This document shows, in pieces, positions 18,261 through 35,140 of a stretch of DNA of 64,000 nt. The notes below the pieces were generated by a model, which made no database searches, was not told the origin of the DNA, and was given only the letters and a program-made list of their open reading frames with translations. The DNA is from the human T2T-CHM13v2.0 reference genome, Homo sapiens: the NCBI RefSeq assembly GCF_009914755.1, contig NC_060931.1; one strand, written 5' to 3'. Positions within the stretch are counted from its first letter, which is position 1; each line of letters begins with the position of its first letter. A program made the position numbers and the translations under genes.

Positions 18261-18503
18261 ACTAAAAATTAATATAACTTGACAACACCTATTAAAACTA
18301 GAAATGTTCATAATCTTGAAAGAGCCAACTCTATAGAAAATTGTCACACAAATGTTCAAAGATACATAAGGATGTTCACTTCTTTTCAGGAGAGAAAACA
18401 ATGTCAATCACAACAGATTGGTTTGCTGCGTAATGCACATTCATAAACTGGAATACTATGCACCCCCCTTACACCAAAGAGGTACAGCTGGATGGCTTAG
18501 AGC

Positions 18504-18680
18504 AAGGGGCAGCAAACTTTCTCTGTAAAGGGCCACATGGTAAGTATTTTAGGCTTGGCAGGCGGTATCTAGTCTCCCTTATATGTTCTTCAGGGAAGTG
18601 GGGTGGTATTGTTTTACAACTCTTTTAAAAGTGTTAACGTTTCCAGCTCACAGGCCTTACCAAAAATGATCCCTGGCTGG
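18504..18680 (+). mobile_element. MER58-type hAT MITE
   Basis: ggggcagcaaactttctctgtaaagggccacatggtaagtattttaggc. Confidence 0.65.
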
Positions 18681-19237
18681 GAGATCAGGACTTTGAAGCT
18701 AACGTACCCAAATTAAAATCCTTCCTCTACCACTAACTAGTTGTTACTTAATCTCTCCATCTCTCGATATTATAGTATCTATATAAAATAATGACTTAGA
18801 AGAGTACCAAGCATATAGTGAGCCCTAAAGGAATATCAATTATTTTTTAATAAAACAGATCTTTGTATTGACCTTAAAAAAAAGCCATGTTAGAACCAAA
18901 TAACTTGGTCCCATTTTTATAAAATGTATGTAAAAATACATATTCATATATGAATATATTTGAAAATTTGGGGAAGAATATACACCAAACCGTTAAAGGT
19001 AGCGAATGAGATAACAGGGATCAATACGCTTTCATTTTATAAATGTCTACATTGTTTCAGTAGTTTAAAGCGAACACATTTAATCAACAGACATTTCTAA
19101 ATTGAAATAGATAAAACGTGTGGTACCATTTTTGTAACTTACCAGTCCTAAGCACGTAATTTTAACTTGAGAAGTGTTTGGTTCCATTAATGAGAAAGTA
19201 CATCAACTCTAAAATAATATTGGCACAATAACTGAAA

Positions 19238-19812
19238 ATCATTTATCAAACACTTTTTGCCAGGTACAGTTCTAAGGATTTCACATGTATCAATTCCTTT
19301 AATCCTCACAACCACCTTATCAGATGTTATCATTATCCTCACCAATTTACAGATAGGGATGCTAAGACATCAAGAGGATAACACCCCAGACACAAATTGG
19401 TAGCTCAGGGACTGGAACCCAAGAAACTGTCTCCAAAGACCACATCCTTAGAACTCTACTCTCCTCCCCTCTCAAATGCATACTATTACCACTCTGGCTG
19501 AGAAAGAAATCCTCAAAGTTAACCTTTAGTCTGTCTAGGGTTTCACACTGTACCTTCCATCAAACTACAATTACCTACTTTTAAATGTAACTTTCTGAAT
19601 GATTCAAATAAACTCATTCTTCTCGGAGCTGACATATCTTTAATCACCCAGAAAGCCAGCAGATAACACAGAACAGATAATATGGAGTAGATAATATGTA
19701 GTGAAACAGAACTAAGTTTGGATCCCGAATGCAAATTCCCAGCTGAATAATCCTGGGCAAATTCTTAACTCCTCCCCTGTAGACAGTTTTCTTCAGTTTC
19801 CTCATCTGTAAA
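19238..19812. mobile_element. Two MIR fragments (19238-19460 minus; 19690-19812 plus)
   Basis: tttaatcctcacaacc..tttacagat and cagtttcctcatctgtaaa cores. Confidence 0.6.
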
Positions 19813-19889
19813 GGTTTTCGGAGTGTGTTATTAAATTTTGTATTCTGGTAAGATATATAGATATAGAGAGAGATATATATAGATACAGA

Positions 19890-21842
<1,953 letters not shown>

Positions 21843-21854
21843 TTGTTCTGTCTT

Positions 21855-21928
21855 GCTATTGTTAATGGAAAACAAGACCAATTATTAAGAAACTGCTAAC
21901 CACATAATCTAAACACAAATTTGTCATA
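21855..21928 (+). repeat. 74-bp dispersed direct repeat, copy A
   Basis: 66/74 identical, ungapped, to 24712-24785. Confidence 0.9.
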
Positions 21929-22542
21929 TTTTTATACCAAGTAGTGGAACAGTGGCAAGATATGGAATGGTGCAACTATCTTAGAAATTTACCAGCTGTA
22001 ACTTTTGAGGTATCACTAAATTTGCTAATCTGTATTTAAATCATTTTAAAAGAATGATGAAAAGCATCCCAATAAATGATCCAATTACACTGTCGCTACA
22101 TCCTTCAGTTTTAGCTCCAAAACCTACCTCAATTTACTCCAATAAAGAACTCATGAATTATAACAAAACAGCTTTTCAGTTAAAAGATCTACTACCCTCT
22201 CTCGCCCTTTCCCTTCCTTATATTTTTGCAAAGAGATCATCAATATCAACATTAAATCAAATTAAGCAAATACTATTACTAAATATCCAGATGATTCATC
22301 AAGTTCTCTCCAGTTGTCCGAGTGTAATAGTTGCATCTAAAGGATATCTAATGTTTAGTACTACAGATTATAACTAGGAAAAACTTGGAACTTGTTCACC
22401 TTGACAACTATTTTTCTTTGTAATCATTCCCTATTAAAGAGGGAGAAAAACACATTTCAAAGTTCCTCACATGAATACTAACATATCCTGTTCACTTTGC
22501 AAGTTCCTTTGTCAAATTATTTCCCTACATTTTTCATATTTC

Positions 22543-22780
22543 CTTAATTCATTCAACTATATTTAAAACCCCTATTCTCTAGCAAATACCAACGTAGGTA
22601 CTAGGTATACAAAGAAAAAAATAAGACAGAGCCTCTACCAGGAGGCACTTTGACTGTAGGGAAGAGAGGGATGCATAAACAAGTGATTACAATACAATTG
22701 AGTCATGCTACAATAAAATATGATAAAACCCTGTGGGAACACAAGAGTGGGAATTCAGGGAAGACCTCCAGAAGGTAAAG
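22543..22780 (-). mobile_element. L2 fragment
   Basis: attcattcaac..., ataaacaagtgattacaatacaat. Confidence 0.55.
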
Positions 22781-23433
22781 TATGTATCATCTGACCATGA
22801 ACCTTTCTCTGAATTTAATGAATTGCTGCTGTTCACTTATGCTCTCCCCCGAAGATTTCACCTACTCATATAGAATCTATCATGATTTACAGAAAATTTG
22901 TCATCTATACTGATATAAAGACTTCAAGGCTAATCCATAAATCATTGCTAATTAACCACAGAATACATTATATTGGAGGATTTGTCCTTGTTGGTTTTTA
23001 AAAAGCAGATCAACTTTCTCAATCACTGCTCATGTAAAGGGTAATACTGAAATAAATTCAGAATCCTTGAGCACACTACCTCAAAAGAAGGAAGGTATCC
23101 TGGGAAAATTCCAGTATGACTTGGAGAAATTTGCCTAAAATTTTTAAATGGCCAACATAAAGATATTCACTTAAATGTATTTGTGCAAGGCAAAGCTAGG
23201 TATCAAAGTATCAGAACTTTTTCTAACTACACTAGATCAACAAGTGTGTTTTAAGTCACTGCTACTTAAACTGACTAAATACATTCTCAATTGTACCAGA
23301 AAATAATTTAATATGAATTTTTAAACCAATTCCCCAAAGAGATGTTTTTCAAAATATCTCATGGCAAGTACAAAGAATAGTAATTATCAAATACAGAGAA
23401 CACTCAAGGGCAAAGTTAGAAATTTTTATCCTA

Positions 23434-23828
<395 letters not shown>

Positions 23829-24711
23829 TTATCTCATAATGGACAAGATTATTAATAGGATTTTTTAAATACAGAATTAATAGTAACTAATATAAACGTT
23901 ACTTTTTTGTTATAATGTCTCAACACTTAGACCAGCACCTGGAATGCCCGTACAGTGGTGTCAACACTCTCCAAAATATATGTAATAAATTTATATTGCA
24001 TTTATTTGTCTCCATTTTTATGAAACCTTAAGTTAGCAGATGCACATTAGATCTTTATCATATAGGACAGTGCAACCAGAAGAACGCCTATGTTTTTCTA
24101 ACTTGTTTTCTTGGAATATATTCACTTTCCACAAAAACGAGAATTTAAGATGCAGTGTTCCTGTTTCCGGGAAACCTTAAATATTACATCACCCAACACA
24201 CCTCCGAAAAGAGAGAACAAGACGCTTTATATCTATGACTAGAATCCTACCTATTCCTAACTTTAGAGACCATGAATAGAAAATTAAAATATATCTTAAA
24301 TACTTGTTTTCCTGCAAATAAAATTACAAATAAACAAGTTAGGATTACACACTTGTACAGTATTCCTAAACATGAATTAGTTGCTAATGCTTATGAAGAG
24401 TAATAGAAAATAAACTCCAAAACCCCTAAAAGTATAAACTACATTCAATTGTGACAGCATTCGTGTTTTTCAAAGGTTTATTAAATGCTGTTTTATGATG
24501 ACATCAAAACGCCACAAAATTAAACTAATAATAACTTGCTTGAACCCTAAAAAGCAAGCCTTTAAGTAAATAGCAAAGACACATTTTTATTTCCAAATGA
24601 ATTTAAATGTTACAGATCCTGTGTGATAAAGGAAGTTTAACTGTGGACAGCACACGTTAAATTTCTTAGGCAACAAACATTTCTCCATGCAGTCTTTTCT
24701 GAATCACCAAA

Positions 24712-24785
24712 GCTATTGTTCACAGAAAACGAGACCAATTAATAAGAAACTGCTAACCGTATAATCTAAACACACATTTGTCATA
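24712..24785 (+). repeat. 74-bp dispersed direct repeat, copy B
   Basis: 66/74 identical, ungapped, to 21855-21928. Confidence 0.9.
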
Positions 24786-24975
24786 GCCATTCTATTTTGA
24801 TCACCTACTTCTACCACCTCATCCTCATTCAACCCGTCGGGATTTGGGGAATAATCTGGCTGAATGACAGTTGATTTCGTTAGCACCTGTCGCCATTCTC
24901 AGATGTATCACACAAGTTGGCCAAAACAGCTTGTAATGTTTAAGGATTACGATTCTTTAGAAAGTGGCAACTCAC

Positions 24976-25288
24976 TAGGCGTTCACCAAGTTTTCCAAAA
25001 GATCGTGCTTCTCGATTCCTCCCGCTTTCAAAAAGTAACCCTGTGGCACAGATTTTTGGGGGGAACGGAAGGGGATGTACACAATGAAGTGGGAATTCAA
25101 CAGGACGCCCTCCAGAAACACAATCAATAGAGAGCAGAGCAGCTCGACTCTTCCCTCAAACTTAGCATAAAGCCAGACCAGGCGGCGAGGGCAGCCCGCG
25201 ACCGCCGGAGCTCAGGGGGATTTCGGGGTGCGTCGTGGGGAAACGTCAGAGGCGAAGCTACTCCGAGTTCCCCGCCGCGAACGTCGTC
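24976..25288 (-). other. EZH2: Probable EZH2 alternative first exon (exon 1b, non-coding)
   Basis: Lies at the downstream edge of the CpG island and ends at a strong donor CTA|GTGAGT (plus actcac 24970-24975). It resembles my recollection of the alternative-5'UTR EZH2 RefSeq isoform; the start position is approximate. Confidence 0.6.
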
Positions 25289-25942
25289 CCGCGAGCGCCG
25301 CGGCCCCAGCCCGGGGTCGGCGCGCCCGGGACCGGGGGCGTGCGCGAGGCGAGGGCCGAGCCCTGCCCACCCCGGCAGCGGCCCGCGCCTCCCCACGCCC
25401 CTCTCCCGCCCGCCGGCGGGCCCGGGTGTCATGCCCCTTCCCCTCGCGCCGAGCCCTCCGGAGACACAGTCCGTCCTTTGTCTGAGTGCGGACTCGGCGG
25501 CTGGGTCCCACCAACTTGTGTCTGTCCCGTCCCACCCGGGCGCTCCCGCCGCGGCCGCGCCACACAAAGGAGACTTGAGGCTCGAGCTGCCACCCTGGAC
25601 CGGGCACCGGAACGCCCCGACCCCGGCCCCGGCGCCCCGGCCAGGACAAGCACCGGGAAAGGAGCCCCCCACACGCCCCCCGCCCCGCAGCTCCAGGGGT
25701 GTGCGCTGCCTCACTCGCAGGGTCCCGCGGGCCAGCCCGAAGCTCACAGCTCCTTCCGGGGAGGGGGGCTCTCCCCTCACCCTCCACCCCCCGCACGCCT
25801 ACAAACGCGGCGCCCCGGTGAGCCCCGCTCGGCGATACCCGGGACCGGCACAGCAGTGGCGGGGAGGTCCTGGCGCCGCCGCCGCCGCCCGGTTCGCACT
25901 CCCGGAGCCCCGCCGGCCGGGCCGCCCGCAGCGGCGCGTTAC

Positions 25943-26070
25943 CTTCGTCCCGCGCGCCGACTCGCGTTGTTCCCGCGCGTCGCCCCCGCGCGCCGCCGCC
26001 GCCGCCGCCGGGGCTCCACTGCCTTCTGAGTCCCACCGGGTGTCGGACGCGACCGGACCGAGCGCCAAAC
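25943..26070 (-). other. EZH2: EZH2 exon 1 (non-coding 5'UTR exon; longer isoforms start up to ~26128)
   Basis: Minus strand reads GTTTGGCGCTCGGTCCGGTCGCGTCCGACACCCGGTGGGACTCAGAAGGCAGTGGAGCCCC(GGC)6GCGCGGGGGCGACGCGCGGGAACAACGCGAGTCGGCGCGCGGGACGAAG, matching the recalled EZH2 mRNA 5'UTR. It ends at donor AAG|GTAACG (GT at 25942-25941). Confidence 0.93.
25991..26010. repeat. (CCG/GGC)6 trinucleotide repeat in exon 1
   Basis: cgccgccgccgccgccgccg; a second (GCC)5 is at 25875-25889. Confidence 0.9.
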
Positions 26071-26164
26071 GCGGCAGCCCAATCGCCATCGCTTTTATTT
26101 GGCCCCCCCAGCCCAATCAAGCGCCGCCCCGATTGGCGGGACGCGAGGCGGGCGCCCGTCCAAT
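26062..26164 (-). promoter_or_regulatory. EZH2: EZH2 core promoter: E2F sites, TATA-like element, four CCAAT boxes
   Basis: TTTGGCGC (minus, 26069-26062); AAATAAAAGC (minus, 26100-26091, ~30 bp upstream of 26070); CCAAT at 26079, 26113 and 26160 (plus) and ATTGG at 26132, which overlaps TTGGCGGG. Confidence 0.8.
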
Positions 26165-26246
26165 CACAGGGCCCGCCGGGCTCGGAGGCGCCGAGCCAGC
26201 CCCACGCAGAGTGCGCTCAGGGCTCGTGGGCGGGCGGGCACTGGCA

Positions 26247-26261
26247 GCGCGTGCGCGCGCG
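26247..26261. promoter_or_regulatory. NRF1-type site / alternating purine-pyrimidine run
   Basis: GCGCGTGCGC; the minus strand GCGCACGCGC fits GCGCAYGCGC. Confidence 0.55.
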
Positions 26262-26440
26262 GGCGGCGGCGGGGTTCGCTGTAAGGGACGCCACTGGCCG
26301 TGTGGAAGCGCCGCCGCCGTCTCTTTGTTCTTTCGCTGAACACACGGCGCCTCTCAGGAAGGCGGTGTGCAGGCACGCGGGGACCGGGAGACATCGCGGG
26401 GGCCCGGAGCCCGCCGCGGACGGGAGGCGGGGAGGATAGG

Positions 26441-27049
<609 letters not shown>

Positions 27050-27280
27050 CCTGTTTGATTATGTCTGCTGCTGCCTTGGCCGTTTTTTCCCCCACCGCTG
27101 GACTTTGGCTGGCCGAGCTTGCAGTGCTTATCGCCCTAGAAACCTGTGAAAGGGCGACATTGCTGCCATTTCAGACCCTTCCACTGTTCGTAGTTCTAAG
27201 CACGTGTCAGTGTTAAAAATCCTTTATCAAGATGAGCACTGTTCACTTGCCGCCTCTGCAAAGTGTGAGGATATTTGCAA

Positions 27281-27593
<313 letters not shown>

Positions 27594-27807
27594 TCAAGCT
27601 ACCTCAACCCAGAGGAATTAGAGGGATTCTGCTTAGGATACAGTCTCTCCTATTGCTTCATGTGGCAATGCAGTTAAGAGTATTCCGAATTTATTTTTAC
27701 TAGGATGTATCTATGGGGTAAAATACCATTGTCATGTAAACTGAGATTCCATATTGAGAGTTCATACTGGAAACTGAAAAAAGGTCACCTATGAACTGTT
27801 GGGGTAA

Positions 27808-28157
<350 letters not shown>

Positions 28158-28730
28158 AGAATTTTTCATCAGATGATTTAGCCCATAATTTTCCCGCCTT
28201 TCCTAAATCACCATCCCATTCCTCACATATATTCTGAATCACTCCAATGTTGGAAAGTATATATAAAGGGAAGCTAAAAGATAAGGAGAAACAAGCAATC
28301 ATGTGCCCAGATAAAAGCAAAATTGTCTTGTGAATCAGTGATAACACTGCAAAAAGTAAATAGGTTATGCAGCTGAGATGTGACTGTAAAATAACGTAAC
28401 GAATTATAGCTGCCATTACTTCCAGTCACGAATACATTCATTCTCCAAGATAAAATGCATCTGTCTAGGCCACCAATTTACAATTTTTTAAAACCAGCAA
28501 TTTAAACCTCAGAAATTAACTACTTATCCCTAAGTTGCTTATCAAATTACTGAACTTATCAGTCCTGTAATACTAAATATTAAAACAAGGCATTTTTAAG
28601 AGGAAGATCAACGAAATTAGAGACTACCATAAAGCAAATCAAAGCAGTATATAACTCTGCAACATGGTGTGAAATGTCATGTAAATTGCTAGACGTTTAG
28701 AATCAAGGAATGGATGGATCAAGATATTCC

Positions 28731-29017
28731 AGGCCAGACTTAGTGGTTCACACCTGTAACCCCAGTACTTTCAGAAGTCGAGGTGGGAAGCTCCGAGACC
28801 AGCCTGGGCAACATAGCAAGACCCTATCTCTACAAGAAATTTAAAAAATAACTGAGTGTGGTGGCACAGAAGTACCTATGGTCCCACCTGCCCCTGAGGC
28901 TGAGGTGAGGGGTCTGCTTGAGCTCAGGATCCCAAGGTTACCGTGAGCTATGATCACATCACTGTGCTCCAGCCTGAGCAACAGAGTGAGACCCTATCTC
29001 TTTAAAAAAAAAAAAAA
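28731..29017 (+). mobile_element. AluJ (diverged)
   Basis: Dimer with A tail. Confidence 0.85.
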
Positions 29018-29944
29018 GTGATTGGACAAAATATAATTATTGGCACCAAGTGAATGTTAGGAAAAAAAAAAAACACGTACAAAGAACTTTATAGAGCAGC
29101 CATTCCCACTGGGAAGAGTGTGTAGGTTGGACTCTAACCATTAAAGAGCTAGGTGGGATGATACTAAATATATATAACAGACATTTAATATAAATATGAT
29201 ATGAAGGCTAAGGTGAAAAGGGATGCCAGTGGATCACAGTATTTTCTTGATTCAATGATGACATTGTCCATTTAAGCAAGGTAGTTTAGGCCACAGTAAT
29301 GGCAGAAAAAGGGGATAATTTGAAAATATTCCAGAAGGACTTCATTGTATGTGGGGTTCATGATGTCTCGCGACTCCTTTCCGTATATGACAAATACAGC
29401 AAAGTTAGGAGGGGGAAGAAGTATTTTGCTTTTGCTACCAAAAGAAAAACTGTCTGAAGATGTCTAACCCAGGAAAGCAAGAAAATATACAGGCCTATTT
29501 AACAGACCTCTATGACTATTTCAATGGGAAAAAAAATTTTTAATGTGTGTAATGAATAGTAAACATATAAGCAAGTGTGTGTGTGAATGCCAGTTACTCA
29601 AGGGGCCTAGATGAAGCAGAAAGCCAGGCTAAACACAAAGGTGGATATGGAGGTTGAGGGTCACCAAGCTTTTTCATTTCTGTAAAGATTGTTCTGTGTG
29701 AACAACAAAGATTTGGTATTAAAGTTAAAAGATGAAACGAAAAACAGTTAAGCCCCAAAGTTGTAACCCCAGGGCCTAGCGTGCCCGGCACATAGCTGAT
29801 TCTCAGGGTTGTCCTGGGGGAACTGGAGAAGATGGAGTGCAAAGTTAAGGCTGTCAGCCAGCAAACTTCCCTTTCCATCCCTTCACTTCTCAGAACCTCC
29901 CTTTCAACCCCAAAAATGGGATTTACTTCCCACATATTATACAG

Positions 29945-30850
29945 CACTCATTTATGGAGTGCTTACTCTGTGAATGATGATTATACCGAACATGAGGTGG
30001 TGATAAAAATAAGGCATGGGAAGAGGGGAGTATTGGGTGCAATTGCTGTAATTTTAAAACAGCTTGGGGCTGGATGTGGTGGTTCACGCCTGTAATCCCA
30101 GCACTTTGGGGACCGAGATGGGAGGATTACTTGAGTTCACAAGTTCTAGATCAGCCTGAGCAACATAGCGAAACCTCATCTCTTCCAAAAATACCAAACT
30201 TAGCCGGTCATGGTGCCTATAGTCCCAGCTACTCTGGAGGCTGAGGTGGGAGGATCGCTTGAGGCTGGGAGGCGGAGGTTGCAGTGAGATGGGACCACAG
30301 CACTCCAGCCTGGGAATAAAATAATTTTTTAAAAGCCACTTGGTTAAGGAAGCCCTCATTTTGAAGGTGACATATGAAGAAAAACTTGAAGGAGCTGAGG
30401 GAGCATTTACTGAGAGAAGACTGTTCTAGGCAGAGAGAAGGGCCAGTCAGTGCCTGGGCCTGAGGCAGAAGCGTGGCTGATGTGCTCTGGCACAGGAAGG
30501 GGAAGAAAAGTGGGAAATGATGTTGAAGAATGGAGGCGGCACAAGCAGATTTTTCAGCTCCTTGTGGACCATAGTTAGGTCTTTATCTTTTATAAAATGA
30601 GAGGATTTTGAGTGGAAAGGCGATTTGATCATTTAAACAAGATCATTCTAGCTCCTGTGTTGAAAGGATCCTGAAGCGGAGCCGGGGCCAAATCAGAGAG
30701 GACAGTGATGAGTCCGTTGTAATAAGCCAGGCAAGAAATGATTGTGGCTCAGACCAAAGTGGTAGCAGTGAGCTGGTGGGAAGTGGAGTCTGGATATATT
30801 TTGAAGGTATAAGCAACAGAATTTCCTGACAGATTGGATATAGGATACAA
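29945..30850 (-). mobile_element. L2 fragment split by a plus-strand AluJ (30068-30323)
   Basis: ggatatattttgaaggtataagcaacagaatttcctgacagattggat. Confidence 0.7.
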
Positions 30851-31078
30851 GAAAGATTGCATGTAAGAAGTATCAGTTCTCAATACAAGAAGCCTGAGAA
30901 GGGATGAGCTCTCATGAAGAGCCAGAGTGGCATTATACTGCAGCCTGGAACACACCCCAGGCTGGGGTCAGGAGATGTGTGGCATGTCGAGAAACCTTCA
31001 TAAAGATAACATAATTTTTGGTTGTGATTGAAATTAACCTGATCCTTTTCGGAACCAGCTTGAAAGAGTCACCTCTAG

Positions 31079-31600
<522 letters not shown>

Positions 31601-32045
31601 CAGCTCCTGTATCCCTTCCTCTGGCTGTAACAAGCTGCTATTTCAGCTTTATCTCATAGCTCCACCACCCTAAGTTCCAGCCATATTGTATTACTCACTT
31701 TCCCAAACAGAGTTTCAGCTAAACTGATCAAGATGTTACCATTTTAAGACGTTTAAGAAAGAAATTTGATCAAACAAAATAAGTAGACTAAAATAGATAA
31801 AAGCCTTTAGACTATCTAGAAATTCCCTGGCTGTTTTAAACAAATTCAAGTGTGAAACTGAGGAGTACTTGGCCAAAATATGGTTACAAACAACCCCTGG
31901 GCAGAGTATCATTTTCCAGATGGGACACCTGTCTTGTAAAAGACTGTTGAGGATTTGGGGAAGCAAAGAACTTACCACTATTCTGGGCTGTAACAAAGGA
32001 GAAGCTCAATAAAGACTAAAAAATACTGTACAAAGAGAGGACATA

Positions 32046-32289
32046 GAGGATCACTTGAGCCCAGGAGTGCTGGGCTGTAGTGGGCTGTGTTGATCAGGTG
32101 TCTGCACCAAGTTGAGCATCAGTATGGTGAACTTCCAGGAACTAGAGACCACGAGGTTGCCTAAGGAGGGGTGAATCGACCCAGGTTGGAAATGGACCAG
32201 GTTAAAACTCCTGTGCTGATCACTGCTAGTGGGATTATGCCTGTGAATAGCCACTACCCTCCAGTTTGGGCAACAACATGACCCCATCT
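32046..32289 (+). pseudogene. 7SL (SRP) RNA pseudogene, 5'-truncated
   Basis: Contains the 7SL S domain that Alu lacks: ggttgcctaaggaggggtgaatcgacccaggttggaaatggaccaggttaaaactcctgtgctgatca...gcctgtgaatagccact; CpGs decayed. Confidence 0.92.
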
Positions 32290-32305
32290 TTTTTTTTTTT
32301 TTAAA

Positions 32306-32597
32306 GTCCAGGCGTGGTGGCTCACACCTGTAATCCCAGCACTTTGGGAGGCTGAGGTGGGCTGATTGCCTGAGCTCAGGAATTCGAGACCAGCCTGGGC
32401 AACATGGTGAGACACCATCTCTACTAAAAACACAAAAATTAGCCAGGTGTGATGGCGCATGCCTATGGTCCTAGTTACTCGAGAGGCTGAGGTACGAGAA
32501 TTGCTTGAACCTGGGCAGCAGAGGTTGCAATGAGCTGGGATCACGCCAGTGAACTCTAGCCTGGGCAAGAGAACAAGACTGCCTCAAAAAAAAAAAA
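32306..32597 (+). mobile_element. AluS
   Basis: Full dimer. Confidence 0.9.
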
Positions 32598-32639
32598 TGG
32601 TTTTAGGAAAGGATAAGACATGGAAACAAAACCGCACAA

Positions 32640-34860
<2,221 letters not shown>

Positions 34861-34881
34861 TTTATCTAAGTTTCTTAACAG

Positions 34882-35140
34882 TCCAGGCATGGTAGCTTGC
34901 ACCTGTAATCCCAGCACTTTGGGAGGCTGAGGTGGGTAGGTCACCTGAGCTTAGGAGTTCGAGACCAGCATGGGCAATATGGTGAAACCCCATCTGTACA
35001 AAAAATATAAAAATTAGCAGGGCATGCTGGGTTGTGCCTGTAATACCAGCTGCGTGGGAGGCTGAGGTGGGAGGATCACTTGAGCCCAGGAGGTTGAGGC
35101 TGCAGTGAGCCATGATCAAACTTAACAAAAAAAAAAAAAA
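34882..35140 (+). mobile_element. AluJ with 3' deletion
   Basis: Dimer missing the last ~35 nt before the tail. Confidence 0.85.
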
